From: Promethearchaeota archaeon
GTDB taxonomy: Archaea; Asgardarchaeota; Lokiarchaeia; Sigyniarchaeales; SOKP01
Direction: 5' to 3'
Length of the DNA: 64,000 nt
Assembly: GCA_048938895.1 (NCBI GenBank)
Contig: JBHLLU010000008.1
Coordinates: 39,470 to 103,469, forward strand
Both the position numbers and the translations under genes were made by a program. The notes under the pieces were generated by a model that saw only the letters and a program-made list of their open reading frames with translations, did not search any database and was not told the DNA's origin. Positions 29,255-39,664 of the stretch are shown piece by piece. The stretch's first letter is position 1. Each line of letters starts with the position of its first letter.

Positions 29255-30214
29255 TTGGAAAAAAAAACGATGAAAGTCGAAAAATCAAGCCAAGATCTTG
29301 AAAATGAGGTAATATATGCAGGTTTATGCATCCACTGTGGAAGTTGTAATGCTTTTTGCCCACATATGGACTTTAATCGGGAAACTGGTGAAGCTTATGT
29401 AGTGGATGAATGTGCAGAAACCGTCGGTTTGTGTTATAATGCATGTCCGAGAAGTTTTCTAACAATATCGGAAATTGAACGAAAATTATTTGGAAAAACT
29501 CGTATCGATTTAGCCGTAGGAGTTTACAATGATATAATACAGGTAAAATCTAAAAACAAAGATGATCTATTATATAATTTAACTTTGGCTGCTTTTGAGT
29601 CGGGTGTAGTAAAGCACATGGTTCTAAGCGAACCAAAGAGCAAAAAACCTCCAGTAGCCTTCCCTGTTGTAGTAGATAATGCAAAAGATGCAAAGAAATA
29701 CATACCAAAAAAAACTATGGATAACGCAGGACCCTTAATTACTGGAATTGGTCAAGCTTATAAAGATTACAAACGTGATATAGGAATAATCGCAAATCCA
29801 TGTCATCTTCAAGGATTGGCTAAAATCCTTACAAGTGATTTCAACACCGGGGCTGAGAGGACATCGCTAAAAATTGCATATGCATGCTCTTCTGGTGGAA
29901 TGACGGGTTGTAAATACTGTACCGATTTTTCTGGTGAATTTTCAGATATTTCCTATTCACCCTGGGGTGCTCCAAAGGGTTCAGGAGAAGCATTTCTGAT
30001 AATTCGAACTGAAATTGGTCAAAAAGTTGTAGATACTGCCGTTAAAAAGAAATTGATTGAAATTACGAACCCCAATCCTGATTTATCAGAAATGAAGAAA
30101 TTTCTTAATAAAAAACGCAAAAAGAATTTTTTAACTCTTCTTGGGAAAGATTTAATCACTGCAAAATATCTAGATCTTAATTTAGATGAATTAAAAGATA
30201 TACTTGAAGAATAA
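29255..30214 (+). CDS. Coenzyme F420 hydrogenase/dehydrogenase beta-subunit (FrhB/FdhB) family protein with N-terminal ferredoxin
   Basis: CIHCGSCNAFCP..C...GLCYNACP, PCH, GCKYCTDF.GEFSDIS, IRTEIG; ATG at 29270 is an alternative start. Confidence 0.85.
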   Translation: MEKKTMKVEKSSQDLENEVIYAGLCIHCGSCNAFCPHMDFNRETGEAYVVDECAETVGLCYNACPRSFLTISEIERKLFGKTRIDLAVGVYNDIIQVKSKNKDDLLYNLTLAAFESGVVKHMVLSEPKSKKPPVAFPVVVDNAKDAKKYIPKKTMDNAGPLITGIGQAYKDYKRDIGIIANPCHLQGLAKILTSDFNTGAERTSLKIAYACSSGGMTGCKYCTDFSGEFSDISYSPWGAPKGSGEAFLIIRTEIGQKVVDTAVKKKLIEITNPNPDLSEMKKFLNKKRKKNFLTLLGKDLITAKYLDLNLDELKDILEE

Positions 30215-30425
30215 TTAATTTTTAATTATATATTTCTTTTTCCTATTATTTTAGATTTTTTAGAAGTGGTGAAGTTAAGTATAAATGCACATAGAGTGAG
30301 ATATACAAACATATAGAGGTTTAATAATCAATTCAGCTTATTTTTATAAAAGCAAAAGAAAATTTTTATTATTAAAGTCTATATTATTATTAACAGGTTT
30401 ACCTAATTGAGTACCAATTTTTCTG

Positions 30426-30980
30426 ATGTCCTCACAGAGACTATTATTCAAGGTTTGCATCGTAGGTGATGGTGGGATAGGAAAGAGCACAATGGTACAG
30501 AGATTGCTCACGGGGCTCTTTATAAGTCAAAAAATTACGATAGGAACAGATCTTGCAACTTGGGATACCCATATCAATAATTTTGAGATAGCAAGACTCC
30601 AAATCTGGGATTTCGCTGGAGAAAGACGATTTAGAATCTTTTTGCCCAATTATGCAAGAGGTGCAGTAGGATGCCTCTTATGTTATGACATCACGCGTCG
30701 AACAAGTTTCGATAATCTAACAGAATGGTATGATATAGTTTACCAAAACGCTGTGAACCCTATATTTATTCTCGTGGGAGAAAAGCTTGATTTAGCTGAT
30801 ATGCGACGAACTGTGGAGGTTGAAGAAGCGAAGCAGTTTCAAAAGCAATACAGGATAGATAGATTCTTCGAAACATCATCAAAAAGTGGAGAAAATAATA
30901 GAAAGATATTTGAAACACTAACTGATCTAATATTGGAAAAGCGAGAGAAGGAATTAAAAAGTAAAAATAATACTTTTTAA
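30426..30980 (+). CDS. Rab-like small GTPase
   Basis: FKVCIVGDGGIGKST, TIG, LQIWDFAGE, YARGA, YDIT...SF, EKLD, FETSSK. Confidence 0.92.
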   Translation: MSSQRLLFKVCIVGDGGIGKSTMVQRLLTGLFISQKITIGTDLATWDTHINNFEIARLQIWDFAGERRFRIFLPNYARGAVGCLLCYDITRRTSFDNLTEWYDIVYQNAVNPIFILVGEKLDLADMRRTVEVEEAKQFQKQYRIDRFFETSSKSGENNRKIFETLTDLILEKREKELKSKNNTF

Positions 30981-30985
30981 AATTT

Positions 30986-31951
30986 TTATTCAATATTTAA
31001 TTGATCTCTTATTTTTTTATTGAGTTTTTTTAGATTTTCGAGTATAATCTTTTGATTATCGTTAGATAATGGTTTGAGTGTCTTTTTTAAATCATTACTA
31101 CTAAAGCTGTTGATATCTCGATAATTTAAAAATAAGGAAATAACTGCAATTAACGGCGAAACTATTAAAATAATATATAATAGAAAACCGATGACTAATG
31201 GTTCTGAACCCGCACTTCCAGTTCCAGGGAGATTTAATTGAATACCCACCTTAGGATCAAAAGAGAATATCGGGATAGAATTTAAAACATTTAAACTAAT
31301 GAAGATTACAAAGTTGATTATTACTATTAATCTAAAGTTTTTTATCTTTAGATAAGAAATCACAGATTCATGATTCTCGGTATTAGGGTTATCTATTTTA
31401 TCAAAAATAATTTCTATCTTTGTATGTTCCCAAATATCCACAAAAATCCATAAAAACCCGAAGGTATATATAAAAACAAACAAGAAGTTAAAATAATAAA
31501 AGTATCTATTGATTATATGGGGATTGTAAAGGGATTCTGCTCCTAACCAGAAAATAAGAATTAACTGAAAGAGAGAAGAGAAAAATAATCGATTCGCATG
31601 CTTTTTTTCTAGCCCAAATGGGTTATATACAAGAGATGGATTGTCAAATTTTGTTCTCCATTTGTTTATATTAATTATTCTAAAAAATATTGAAAATGAA
31701 AGAGTAATCAGTGGAAATACTAAGAGAGTAATATTTTCCCATACCTGTGTTATTACTAATAAGAACAGAAAAAAAAATAAAACTAAATCACGAATTAGAG
31801 TTTCGTTAATTAGATCCCTAATTGGTAAATATAAATTGTTATTATCTTCACTCATTTTTTTAATTAAAGTAGTCTTAATAATTAAACTTTTATGATACAA
31901 TGTTTTGAATAAACTGCTTCTTGATCTGTAAATCAGAATCAAATTAACCAA
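30986..31951 (-). CDS. Uncharacterised membrane protein (~6 TM)
   Basis: Hydrophobic segments; the real start is probably the internal ATG (MSEDNNN). Confidence 0.65.
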   Translation of the reverse strand: MVNLILIYRSRSSLFKTLYHKSLIIKTTLIKKMSEDNNNLYLPIRDLINETLIRDLVLFFFLFLLVITQVWENITLLVFPLITLSFSIFFRIININKWRTKFDNPSLVYNPFGLEKKHANRLFFSSLFQLILIFWLGAESLYNPHIINRYFYYFNFLFVFIYTFGFLWIFVDIWEHTKIEIIFDKIDNPNTENHESVISYLKIKNFRLIVIINFVIFISLNVLNSIPIFSFDPKVGIQLNLPGTGSAGSEPLVIGFLLYIILIVSPLIAVISLFLNYRDINSFSSNDLKKTLKPLSNDNQKIILENLKKLNKKIRDQLNIE

Positions 31952-32055
31952 AATATATCTATTGTTCTTAAGTCTAAAAATTTAAATTACTCACACTATT
32001 TTATTCTACAAGATACCTCTTACACATTTAATAGTGCTAAGATGGTGTAGCAAAG

Positions 32056-33153
32056 GTGAAAAGTGAAAAACTCAAAGGTAGAAAAACACCTCTTTACGAC
32101 GTTCATCGTAAACTTGGAGCGCGTATGGTTGAATTTTCTGGATGGCTCATGCCTGTTCAGTATGAGAGTATTATTAAGGAACATGAAGCCGTTCGTTCTA
32201 ATGCAGGACTATTTGATATATCACATATGGGTGAGTTCTTATTAGAAGGTAAAGATATCTTTTCTTTTCTCCAATTTATTATGATAAATGATTTACGGTT
32301 ATTAGAGATATCCAAAGGACAATACTCTTGCATGTGTTATGAAAATGGAACCGTGGTTGATGATTTAGTTTATTATGAAGAAAGAGAAGATCTTTTTAGA
32401 ATGATTGTTAATGCGGGAAATATTAAAAAGGATTTCCAATGGTTAAACAAACATATTAATGAAAAAAATGTGACCATTCAAGATATTTCGACTGAGCGTA
32501 CTCGCTTAGCCTTTCAAGGTCCTAAAGCAGACGATCTCCTCCAACCTCTCTTAGATACTGATTTATCAGAAATTAACAGATTCTATTTCAGAAATTGTAA
32601 TCTTGGTAATATACCAATTTTTATTGCTAGAACGGGTTATACCGGTGAGAGGGGATTTGAACTTTCTTTCGAAAAAAAATATTCATCTGAAATATGGGAA
32701 AAGTTAATTAATACCGGTGCAACACCTGCGGGATTAGGTGCAAGGGATTCCTTAAGACTAGAAGCTTGTTATTCTTTATATGGACATGAAATAAGTGATT
32801 CGATTACACCTATAGAAGCAGGACTTAATTGGTTGGTAAAGCCTAAAGAAGGAATTAACTATATTGGTAAAGAAATTCTAATGCAACAAAAATCTAAAGG
32901 AACAGAAAGAATTATTGTTGGTCTCAATTTATTAGATAAAGGTATTATTAGAGAAAATTACAAAATCTTTAAAAATGGAAACCAAATTGGATATGTTACC
33001 TCAGGAGGTTTTTCACCTACTCTTAAAAAGACAATAGGGCTTGGATTGGTAAACAAACTATATAAAGAAGTGGGGACTGAAGTTGATATTGAGATAAGGG
33101 ACAAGCTTTTAAAGGGAATTATTGTTGATATGCCATTTTATCGAAATGTGTAA
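32056..33153 (+). CDS. gcvT: Glycine cleavage system T protein (aminomethyltransferase)
   Basis: KTPLY..H, F.GW.MPVQY, FDISHMGE, RTGYTGE.GFE, GLGARDSLRLEA. Confidence 0.97.
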   Translation: MKSEKLKGRKTPLYDVHRKLGARMVEFSGWLMPVQYESIIKEHEAVRSNAGLFDISHMGEFLLEGKDIFSFLQFIMINDLRLLEISKGQYSCMCYENGTVVDDLVYYEEREDLFRMIVNAGNIKKDFQWLNKHINEKNVTIQDISTERTRLAFQGPKADDLLQPLLDTDLSEINRFYFRNCNLGNIPIFIARTGYTGERGFELSFEKKYSSEIWEKLINTGATPAGLGARDSLRLEACYSLYGHEISDSITPIEAGLNWLVKPKEGINYIGKEILMQQKSKGTERIIVGLNLLDKGIIRENYKIFKNGNQIGYVTSGGFSPTLKKTIGLGLVNKLYKEVGTEVDIEIRDKLLKGIIVDMPFYRNV

Positions 33154-33187
33154 AACCGAAAAACAATGTGAAAATATGTGAATATTA

Positions 33188-33580
33188 ATGAGTTATGATT
33201 TTCCTAGTGATTTAAAATATACAACTACTCATGAATGGGTTGATCTGCAGAATAGTATAGCAATAGTAGGTATAACTGACTACGCCCAGCATCAATTAGG
33301 AGATATTGTATTTGTTGAACTTCCTGAAGTAGGGATGGTATTTGAAAAAGAAAGTCATGCTGGTGAAATAGAATCAGTGAAAGCTGTTGGTGATCTTATT
33401 ATGCCATTATCAGGAGAAATTATAGAAGTGAATATGCAACTTGCTGAACATCCTGAACTTGTAAATTCATCACCGTTTGATAAAGGCTGGATGATGAAAA
33501 TTGAAATTTCACATGCTAGTGAAATTGATGAACTTATATCTGTGGAAAAATATAAAGAATTAGTTAAATCTGAAGAATAA
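33188..33580 (+). CDS. gcvH: Glycine cleavage system H protein
   Basis: HEW, VGITDYAQ..LGDIVFVELP, lipoyl-Lys motif IESVKA. Confidence 0.97.
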   Translation: MSYDFPSDLKYTTTHEWVDLQNSIAIVGITDYAQHQLGDIVFVELPEVGMVFEKESHAGEIESVKAVGDLIMPLSGEIIEVNMQLAEHPELVNSSPFDKGWMMKIEISHASEIDELISVEKYKELVKSEE

Positions 33581-33630
33581 TAATATTTTTTTTTCTTTAT
33601 TCGTTAAATTATTTTTATTAATTAAATGAG

Positions 33631-34986
33631 TTGAAACGTCAAGTGGATTTTATTCCTCACGATCGAAAAACAGTTAAAAAAATGTTAAAGGTAATTGGAA
33701 TAGACGATATCGTAGAATTATTTCAGGATATCCCTAATGAATTAATTATTGAGGGATTGAATTTACCGAAAGGTTATTCTGAACCTGACCTTTTAACCCA
33801 TATGTCAGAGATTTCTAACCTAAATAAAATTTACTCTAATTCTTTCTTAGGTGCGGGATGTTATTATCATTATATCCCTTCAATTGTGGACTATGTAATC
33901 TCTAAACCTGAATTTTATACTTCTTATACTCCTTACCAAGCTGAAGCAAGTCAAGGATACTTACAAGCCATTTATGAATACCAGACAATTATCTCAAAAC
34001 TTACTCAAATGGACATTGTAAATGCAAGTATGTATGATGGATCTACAGCTCTAGCTGAAGCCGCTATTATGGCAACATTGATTACTAATAAAAATTCTAT
34101 ATTAATACTCGAAGGAATACATCCTGAATATATAGAAGTAGTTAAAACTTATTGTTGGGGTCGAGATATTAGTTTCAAAGAAGTTTCTGACGATGATTTA
34201 AAGGACAATCTAAATGAAGGTGTTGCCGCTTTATTGATACAAAGTCCAAATTTCTTTGGCGATATTGAAGATATCACAAAAATCAATAAAATTGTTAAAG
34301 AAAAAACTCCAAATTGCTTGATAATTCAAGTTATGACCGACCCTACCTGCCTTGGTATTATTAGATCCCCTGGTGAAACAGATATAGATATCTTTGTAGC
34401 AGAAGGCCAATCTTTTGGAATGAATCCCTCATTTGGGGGACCTAGTCTTGGTATTTTTGCAGCTAAAGAGAAATACTTAAGAAAAATACCAGGGAGGTTA
34501 ATCGGTAAAACTAAAGAGATTAATGGAACAGAAGAAGGTTTTATTCTTACATTACAAGCACGTGAACAACACATTAGACGTGAGAAAGCTAGTTCGAATA
34601 TTTGTACAAATCAAGCATTATGTGCACTTGCAGCATTAGTTTATCTCTTATCAATGGGAAATACGGGATTAAAAGAGATTGCATCTCAAAATGTTCAAAA
34701 ATCACATTATGTTAGATCTGAACTTAATAAGATCCCTGGATATAAAATTTTAAACACTAAACCCACGTATAACGAATTTTTGCTTGAATGCCCTAATCTT
34801 GATTCTTTAATTGATAACTGTAAACAAAATAATTTACTTCCTCCTTTGAAAATAGCTAAATATTACCCTAATATGAAAGATGTTGCACTTGTTTGTGTCA
34901 CTGAGATGAATTCAAAAAATTCAATTGATTTATTTATTCAAGCAGCTCAATTATCGTCAAAAATGAGTAAAGAGGGTAGCCTATGA
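33631..34986 (+). CDS. gcvPA: Glycine dehydrogenase subunit 1
   Basis: FLGAG.Y.H, YTPYQAE.SQG.LQ, NASMYDG, REQHIRREKASSNICTNQ. Confidence 0.96.
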   Translation: MKRQVDFIPHDRKTVKKMLKVIGIDDIVELFQDIPNELIIEGLNLPKGYSEPDLLTHMSEISNLNKIYSNSFLGAGCYYHYIPSIVDYVISKPEFYTSYTPYQAEASQGYLQAIYEYQTIISKLTQMDIVNASMYDGSTALAEAAIMATLITNKNSILILEGIHPEYIEVVKTYCWGRDISFKEVSDDDLKDNLNEGVAALLIQSPNFFGDIEDITKINKIVKEKTPNCLIIQVMTDPTCLGIIRSPGETDIDIFVAEGQSFGMNPSFGGPSLGIFAAKEKYLRKIPGRLIGKTKEINGTEEGFILTLQAREQHIRREKASSNICTNQALCALAALVYLLSMGNTGLKEIASQNVQKSHYVRSELNKIPGYKILNTKPTYNEFLLECPNLDSLIDNCKQNNLLPPLKIAKYYPNMKDVALVCVTEMNSKNSIDLFIQAAQLSSKMSKEGSL

Positions 34987-36413
34987 AGATTCAATCAATA
35001 TTAAAAAAAGGAATTGAGGGAGAACAGCAAAATTATGTACCAAAACTTGATATTGAAGTTGCTGAACTAGATAATCTTATTCCAAAAGCATTATTGAGAG
35101 ATGATTTACCGATCCCAAATGTTCCAGAACTTGAAATAGTCCGTCATTTCGTGAATTTAAGTCATAGAAATTATGGTGTAGACACAGGAATATATCCTCT
35201 AGGCTCCTGTACGATGAAATATAATCCAAAAATAAACGAATATGTCGAAAGAATGTCTGGATTCAGTCAAGTTCACCCCTTACAAGAAGAGCATCAGGGA
35301 TGTACTAAATTACTAAATAGAATTTCTAAATATTTAGGAGAATTAACAGGTATGGAGGGATTTACACTTCAACCTGCAGCAGGGGCACATGGAGAATTAA
35401 CTGGATTATTGATTATGAAGAAATATTTTGAGCATAAAGGGATTAAAAAAGATAAGATAATTGTACCTGATTCTGCTCATGGAACTAATCCTGCATCAGC
35501 TAAAATGGCAGGTTTTTCAATAATAGAGTTAAAATCAAATAATCAAGGAGAAGTTCCGATCGAAGAATTAAGATTTGCAATGCAGGAAGGTGATGTCGCA
35601 GGGATTATGCTGACAAATCCTAATACTCTTGGAGTTTTTGATAGACAAATTAAGGAGATCACCCAAATTGTCCATAATAATAGAGGTCTATGCTATTATG
35701 ATGGTGCAAATTTTAATCCAATGTTAGGAATATGTCGACCTAGAGACATGGGATTTGATATTGTACACTTAAATCTGCATAAAACATTCGCAACTCCTCA
35801 CGGAGGAGGAGGTCCCGGGTCAGGACCGATCGGTGTGACGCAAGAACTTAGTCCATTTCTTCCTGTTCCCTGTATTGTTTCTACTAAAAACGGTATGATG
35901 TGTCGTGAATCAAACGAAAAATCGATAGGCAGGATTAAGGCATTTTGGGGTAATTTTGGAGTAATTGTTCGGGCGTATGCTTATATCTTAGCATTAGGAT
36001 GCGAGGGATTGAAAAAAGTGGGTCAAATGGCTGTTTTAAATGCTAACTATCTACGGGTACATCTACAAAAAAAATATTTTCTTCCTTTTAATCGAATATG
36101 TCAACATGAATTCGTAATTTCTGACCGGAATATGCCTAACAACATAACAACTGAAGACATCGCCAAAAGAATACTTGATTATGGAATATATGCACCAACT
36201 ATTTATTTTCCTTTAATAATCCAAGGAACTATGATGATAGAGCCTACTGAAACTGAATCAAAAACCTCATTAGATTATTTTCTAGAGGTTATGAATAAGA
36301 TTTATAAGGAAGCAGAATCTGATCCAGAAATTCTAAGATCTGCACCACATAATACTCCCGTAAAGCGTTTGGATGCAGTACTTGCCGCTCGTAAACCTGT
36401 ATTACATGATTAA
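34983..36413 (+). CDS. gcvPB: Glycine dehydrogenase subunit 2
   Basis: YPLGSCTMKYNP, QPAAGAHGE, SAHGTNPAS, PLP-lysine motif HLNLHKTF.TPHGGGGPG. Confidence 0.97.
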   Translation: MKIQSILKKGIEGEQQNYVPKLDIEVAELDNLIPKALLRDDLPIPNVPELEIVRHFVNLSHRNYGVDTGIYPLGSCTMKYNPKINEYVERMSGFSQVHPLQEEHQGCTKLLNRISKYLGELTGMEGFTLQPAAGAHGELTGLLIMKKYFEHKGIKKDKIIVPDSAHGTNPASAKMAGFSIIELKSNNQGEVPIEELRFAMQEGDVAGIMLTNPNTLGVFDRQIKEITQIVHNNRGLCYYDGANFNPMLGICRPRDMGFDIVHLNLHKTFATPHGGGGPGSGPIGVTQELSPFLPVPCIVSTKNGMMCRESNEKSIGRIKAFWGNFGVIVRAYAYILALGCEGLKKVGQMAVLNANYLRVHLQKKYFLPFNRICQHEFVISDRNMPNNITTEDIAKRILDYGIYAPTIYFPLIIQGTMMIEPTETESKTSLDYFLEVMNKIYKEAESDPEILRSAPHNTPVKRLDAVLAARKPVLHD

Positions 36414-36511
36414 TATTGAAACTTGAATAAATTTTTATACTCCTTGGCAATATAAAAATTAAAAAAATAAATTTAGTAAGCATTACTTAAATTAGATTCT
36501 GGTGTAGAACA

Positions 36512-38473
36512 ATAAGTTATTTATCTTTTTTCCCTTATGAAAAATTTAGAAAAGAACAAGAAAATCTCATAAAGCAAATTGAGACAGATTCAAAATCTAA
36601 AAAGAATATCTTGTTAGTAGCCCCAAATGGAACTGGTAAGACTGTTATTGCTTTAAGTGGGCTTCTTCCATTAGCCTATGAAAAAAACTTAAAAATTATA
36701 TATACATGCAGGACTCACGCTCAAAACAGGAGAGTTGTAAAAGAACTAATCAAAATTTCTCAGGAAATTGAAAATGAAAAACTCTCATTAAAATTAAATG
36801 GCATCTCAATTAGAGGACGTAATGAAATGTGTTTAAACGAAACACTACTTTCATTGAAATTAAATCCGAAAGAATCTATGTCAGTTTGCGCAGATTTAAG
36901 ACAAAATAGAAATTGTAAATACTTTTTAAATCTGTTAAAGAAAAGAGGGGATACCGAAAGTGCTATGAAATTAGCACCAGAATTATTTGAAAAACCAATT
37001 GATGCTGAAGAGCTGATAACCTTCTGTAAAGACAAACAAATTTGTCCTTATTTTTTAAGCAAATTTTTGTTAAAAGATATGAAAATTATCATATGTAATT
37101 ATCAATGGTTATTTAATCCAGATATTAGAAATCAATTTATTCAGTTCATTGAACAAGAGCTTAACAATTGTATTATCGTGCTTGATGAATGCCATAATAT
37201 AATTGATATAGCGACAGAAGTGAATTCAGATAAGTTAAGCCCTTATTCGTTAAGACTTTGCCTAAAAGATCTTGAGATGTACCGTTCTCCTAATTTTATG
37301 CAGAACTTTGTTATATATCTATTAGATTACTTAACTGAGAAAAAACAGCTTTTGAACAAGGGGGAACAAGAGCTGAATCCAATTGCATTTTTAAAAACCC
37401 TTTTAGAAAACCTTAATATTAGAGATTTAAATGAGTTTAAGAACCTAGTCAATGATATCCAAGAATTTAGTGTTTCTATTCATGAAGAAAAACTAGCTAA
37501 TGGTAAAATTTCCAGAGATTATTTAGGAACTTTCGCTGACTTTTGGATTAAATGGTTAAAAACATTTAATCTTGATAATTATTTCTTCTGTACAAATATT
37601 AGGGAAAGAAAAGGAAAAAGTTCAATTTCACTTGAAATAGTAGCATTAGATCCAAGAGAAATCGTAATCCCTATTTTGAAAACAGCATACACATCCTTAA
37701 GTCTTTCTGGAACAGTTAATCCATATGTGTATAATAATTTAATGGGATTGAATGAGAGTGGCAAAAGTTATAAGGGTATGGTTGCAAATTCTCCCTTTCA
37801 GAAAAAAAATATTAAGGCTGTTATAATTGAAGGAGTTGATACAAAAAGGAGTAATCGTACCCCTGCGATGTTCAAAAAAATGATTGAAAAATTAGATGAA
37901 GTAATTTCTTGTACACCTGCTAATATTGGAATTTTTTGTGCTTCATATCAGATACTTAATGGACTCTTTTCAAATGGGATTGATAAAATAGCAAAAAAAA
38001 ATGGTAAGAAATTATTCATCGAAGAACCGAGATTATCAGCTTCAGAAAATAATACTATGATTGAGGAATTTAAATCATTTGCATCAAATGGCGGTGCTGT
38101 GTTATTGGGGGTATGTGGTGGTAGGAACTCAGAAGGGGAAGATTATCCCGGGGATTACATGAATTCTGTAGTAATTGCTGGTTTTCCTTACCATTTACCT
38201 ACACCTAGAGTTGAAGCTAAGATTAAGTATTATGATAAAGTTTTTAATAAACAAGGATGGAATTTTGCATACCTCTATCCTGCAATCCAAAGAGCAAATC
38301 AAGCTTCTGGTCGCCCTATAAGAAAAATAACTGATAAAGGGGCAATAATTTTTATGGATAGTCGTTTTAAGGCAAAATATAAGTGGATTTCTGAATGGGT
38401 TCGCAAACAATTGGAGATTATCCCGGATAAACCTAATGCACTACTCCAGAACCTGAATTTGTTTTGGAATTAA
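36512..38473 (+). CDS. xpd: XPD/Rad3-family Fe-S DNA helicase (probable ATA start at 36512; the ORF-track start at 36611 truncates the Q-motif)
   Basis: Upstream in-frame FPYEKFRKEQ, APNGTGKT, four Fe-S Cys (MCL, VCA, NCKYF, ICPYF), DECH, SGT, SEG.D, QASGRPIR. Confidence 0.9.
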   Translation: MSYLSFFPYEKFRKEQENLIKQIETDSKSKKNILLVAPNGTGKTVIALSGLLPLAYEKNLKIIYTCRTHAQNRRVVKELIKISQEIENEKLSLKLNGISIRGRNEMCLNETLLSLKLNPKESMSVCADLRQNRNCKYFLNLLKKRGDTESAMKLAPELFEKPIDAEELITFCKDKQICPYFLSKFLLKDMKIIICNYQWLFNPDIRNQFIQFIEQELNNCIIVLDECHNIIDIATEVNSDKLSPYSLRLCLKDLEMYRSPNFMQNFVIYLLDYLTEKKQLLNKGEQELNPIAFLKTLLENLNIRDLNEFKNLVNDIQEFSVSIHEEKLANGKISRDYLGTFADFWIKWLKTFNLDNYFFCTNIRERKGKSSISLEIVALDPREIVIPILKTAYTSLSLSGTVNPYVYNNLMGLNESGKSYKGMVANSPFQKKNIKAVIIEGVDTKRSNRTPAMFKKMIEKLDEVISCTPANIGIFCASYQILNGLFSNGIDKIAKKNGKKLFIEEPRLSASENNTMIEEFKSFASNGGAVLLGVCGGRNSEGEDYPGDYMNSVVIAGFPYHLPTPRVEAKIKYYDKVFNKQGWNFAYLYPAIQRANQASGRPIRKITDKGAIIFMDSRFKAKYKWISEWVRKQLEIIPDKPNALLQNLNLFWN

Positions 38474-39659
38474 TTTTTTTAGACAATCGTTGATTTGGTT
38501 TAAATTTTAGTAATATAGTTATAGCAGCTAATACTGGAAAGATTATCATGAAAGATATCGCAAGATCATAATCATTATTACTAAAACTAAAAATCAATAA
38601 CAAAAGGCTGAAAAATAATCCTCCAAGAAAGCTCCCAAGAAAACTACTTGCGTTAGCATAACCCATATATATCCCTTTATTCAAAGGAGTTGAATTTTCA
38701 GCAATTAAAAAGATACTTGCAGACCATAGCATTGAATAACTAAACGCTACAAAAATTTGAGCTAGGAAAAAACCAAAAAAATCACTAGCAATTATATATC
38801 CTAGAGCAGCAATGGCACTGAAGAGGTATCCAAATATTAGGATAAATTTATCATTTTTATCTGTAATAACATAACCCATTAAAAGCATTAGAGCTACTTG
38901 AATTAAGAAGTTTAAACCAATCAAAAATCCAATTTGTGTGTCATTAGTGACGCCATGGTATGGCATAATTATTGACAAAACAGTGATTATCGGTTTTAGA
39001 CCGAAACTTCTAAAAAATAAACCAAAATATATTGAATTTGGAACTGTTTTTCCTTCCTTGAATTCTATAGAAACTTCAGTAGTAATCTTCTGATAATGAT
39101 CCATTATAACACTCCTATTTTCTTTTATAAAAATAACGAGAACCAAATTCAACAATGAAATAATGGATAAAAATATGAATATATTCTCTATGGTATAAAG
39201 TTCAATAAAAATGCCTCCTAATTGACTTCCCGCAAACCACCCACCTGTACTAAGGGCGTTATAAATTGAAATATACTTCTGATTATTTTGAACTAGTTCA
39301 CTATATAAAGTAAATATAGTCCTATAACTCGCTCCAAAAAAGCCATAAATTAAAAAAAGCAAAACTACCAAGAATATATTATTCGTAAATATTAATAATA
39401 CAAAAGAGATACTAACCCCAAAAGCGCCGAATATAATAAAAAAAATCCGATTTTGAATTTTATCAGAAATTTTTCCTAAAATTGGGGGGAATATAAATAA
39501 TGTTAATGGAAAGATTGTCATTATTAATTGGATTATTGATTTTTCCGTTCCATAGAATAATAGATAAGTCGGCATATAGGTAACCATTCCAATACTTGCT
39601 GTACTTAAAACTAAAATAGAAATTAAGCTGAGAAAAACCGATCGTTTTGACAGAATCAA
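38433..39659 (-). CDS. MFS transporter
   Basis: About 12 TM; motif A-like GKISDKIQNR; overlaps the helicase 3' end by 41 bp. Confidence 0.88.
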   Translation of the reverse strand: MILSKRSVFLSLISILVLSTASIGMVTYMPTYLLFYGTEKSIIQLIMTIFPLTLFIFPPILGKISDKIQNRIFFIIFGAFGVSISFVLLIFTNNIFLVVLLFLIYGFFGASYRTIFTLYSELVQNNQKYISIYNALSTGGWFAGSQLGGIFIELYTIENIFIFLSIISLLNLVLVIFIKENRSVIMDHYQKITTEVSIEFKEGKTVPNSIYFGLFFRSFGLKPIITVLSIIMPYHGVTNDTQIGFLIGLNFLIQVALMLLMGYVITDKNDKFILIFGYLFSAIAALGYIIASDFFGFFLAQIFVAFSYSMLWSASIFLIAENSTPLNKGIYMGYANASSFLGSFLGGLFFSLLLLIFSFSNNDYDLAISFMIIFPVLAAITILLKFKPNQRLSKKINSKTNSGSGVVH

Positions 39660-39664
39660 CCTAT

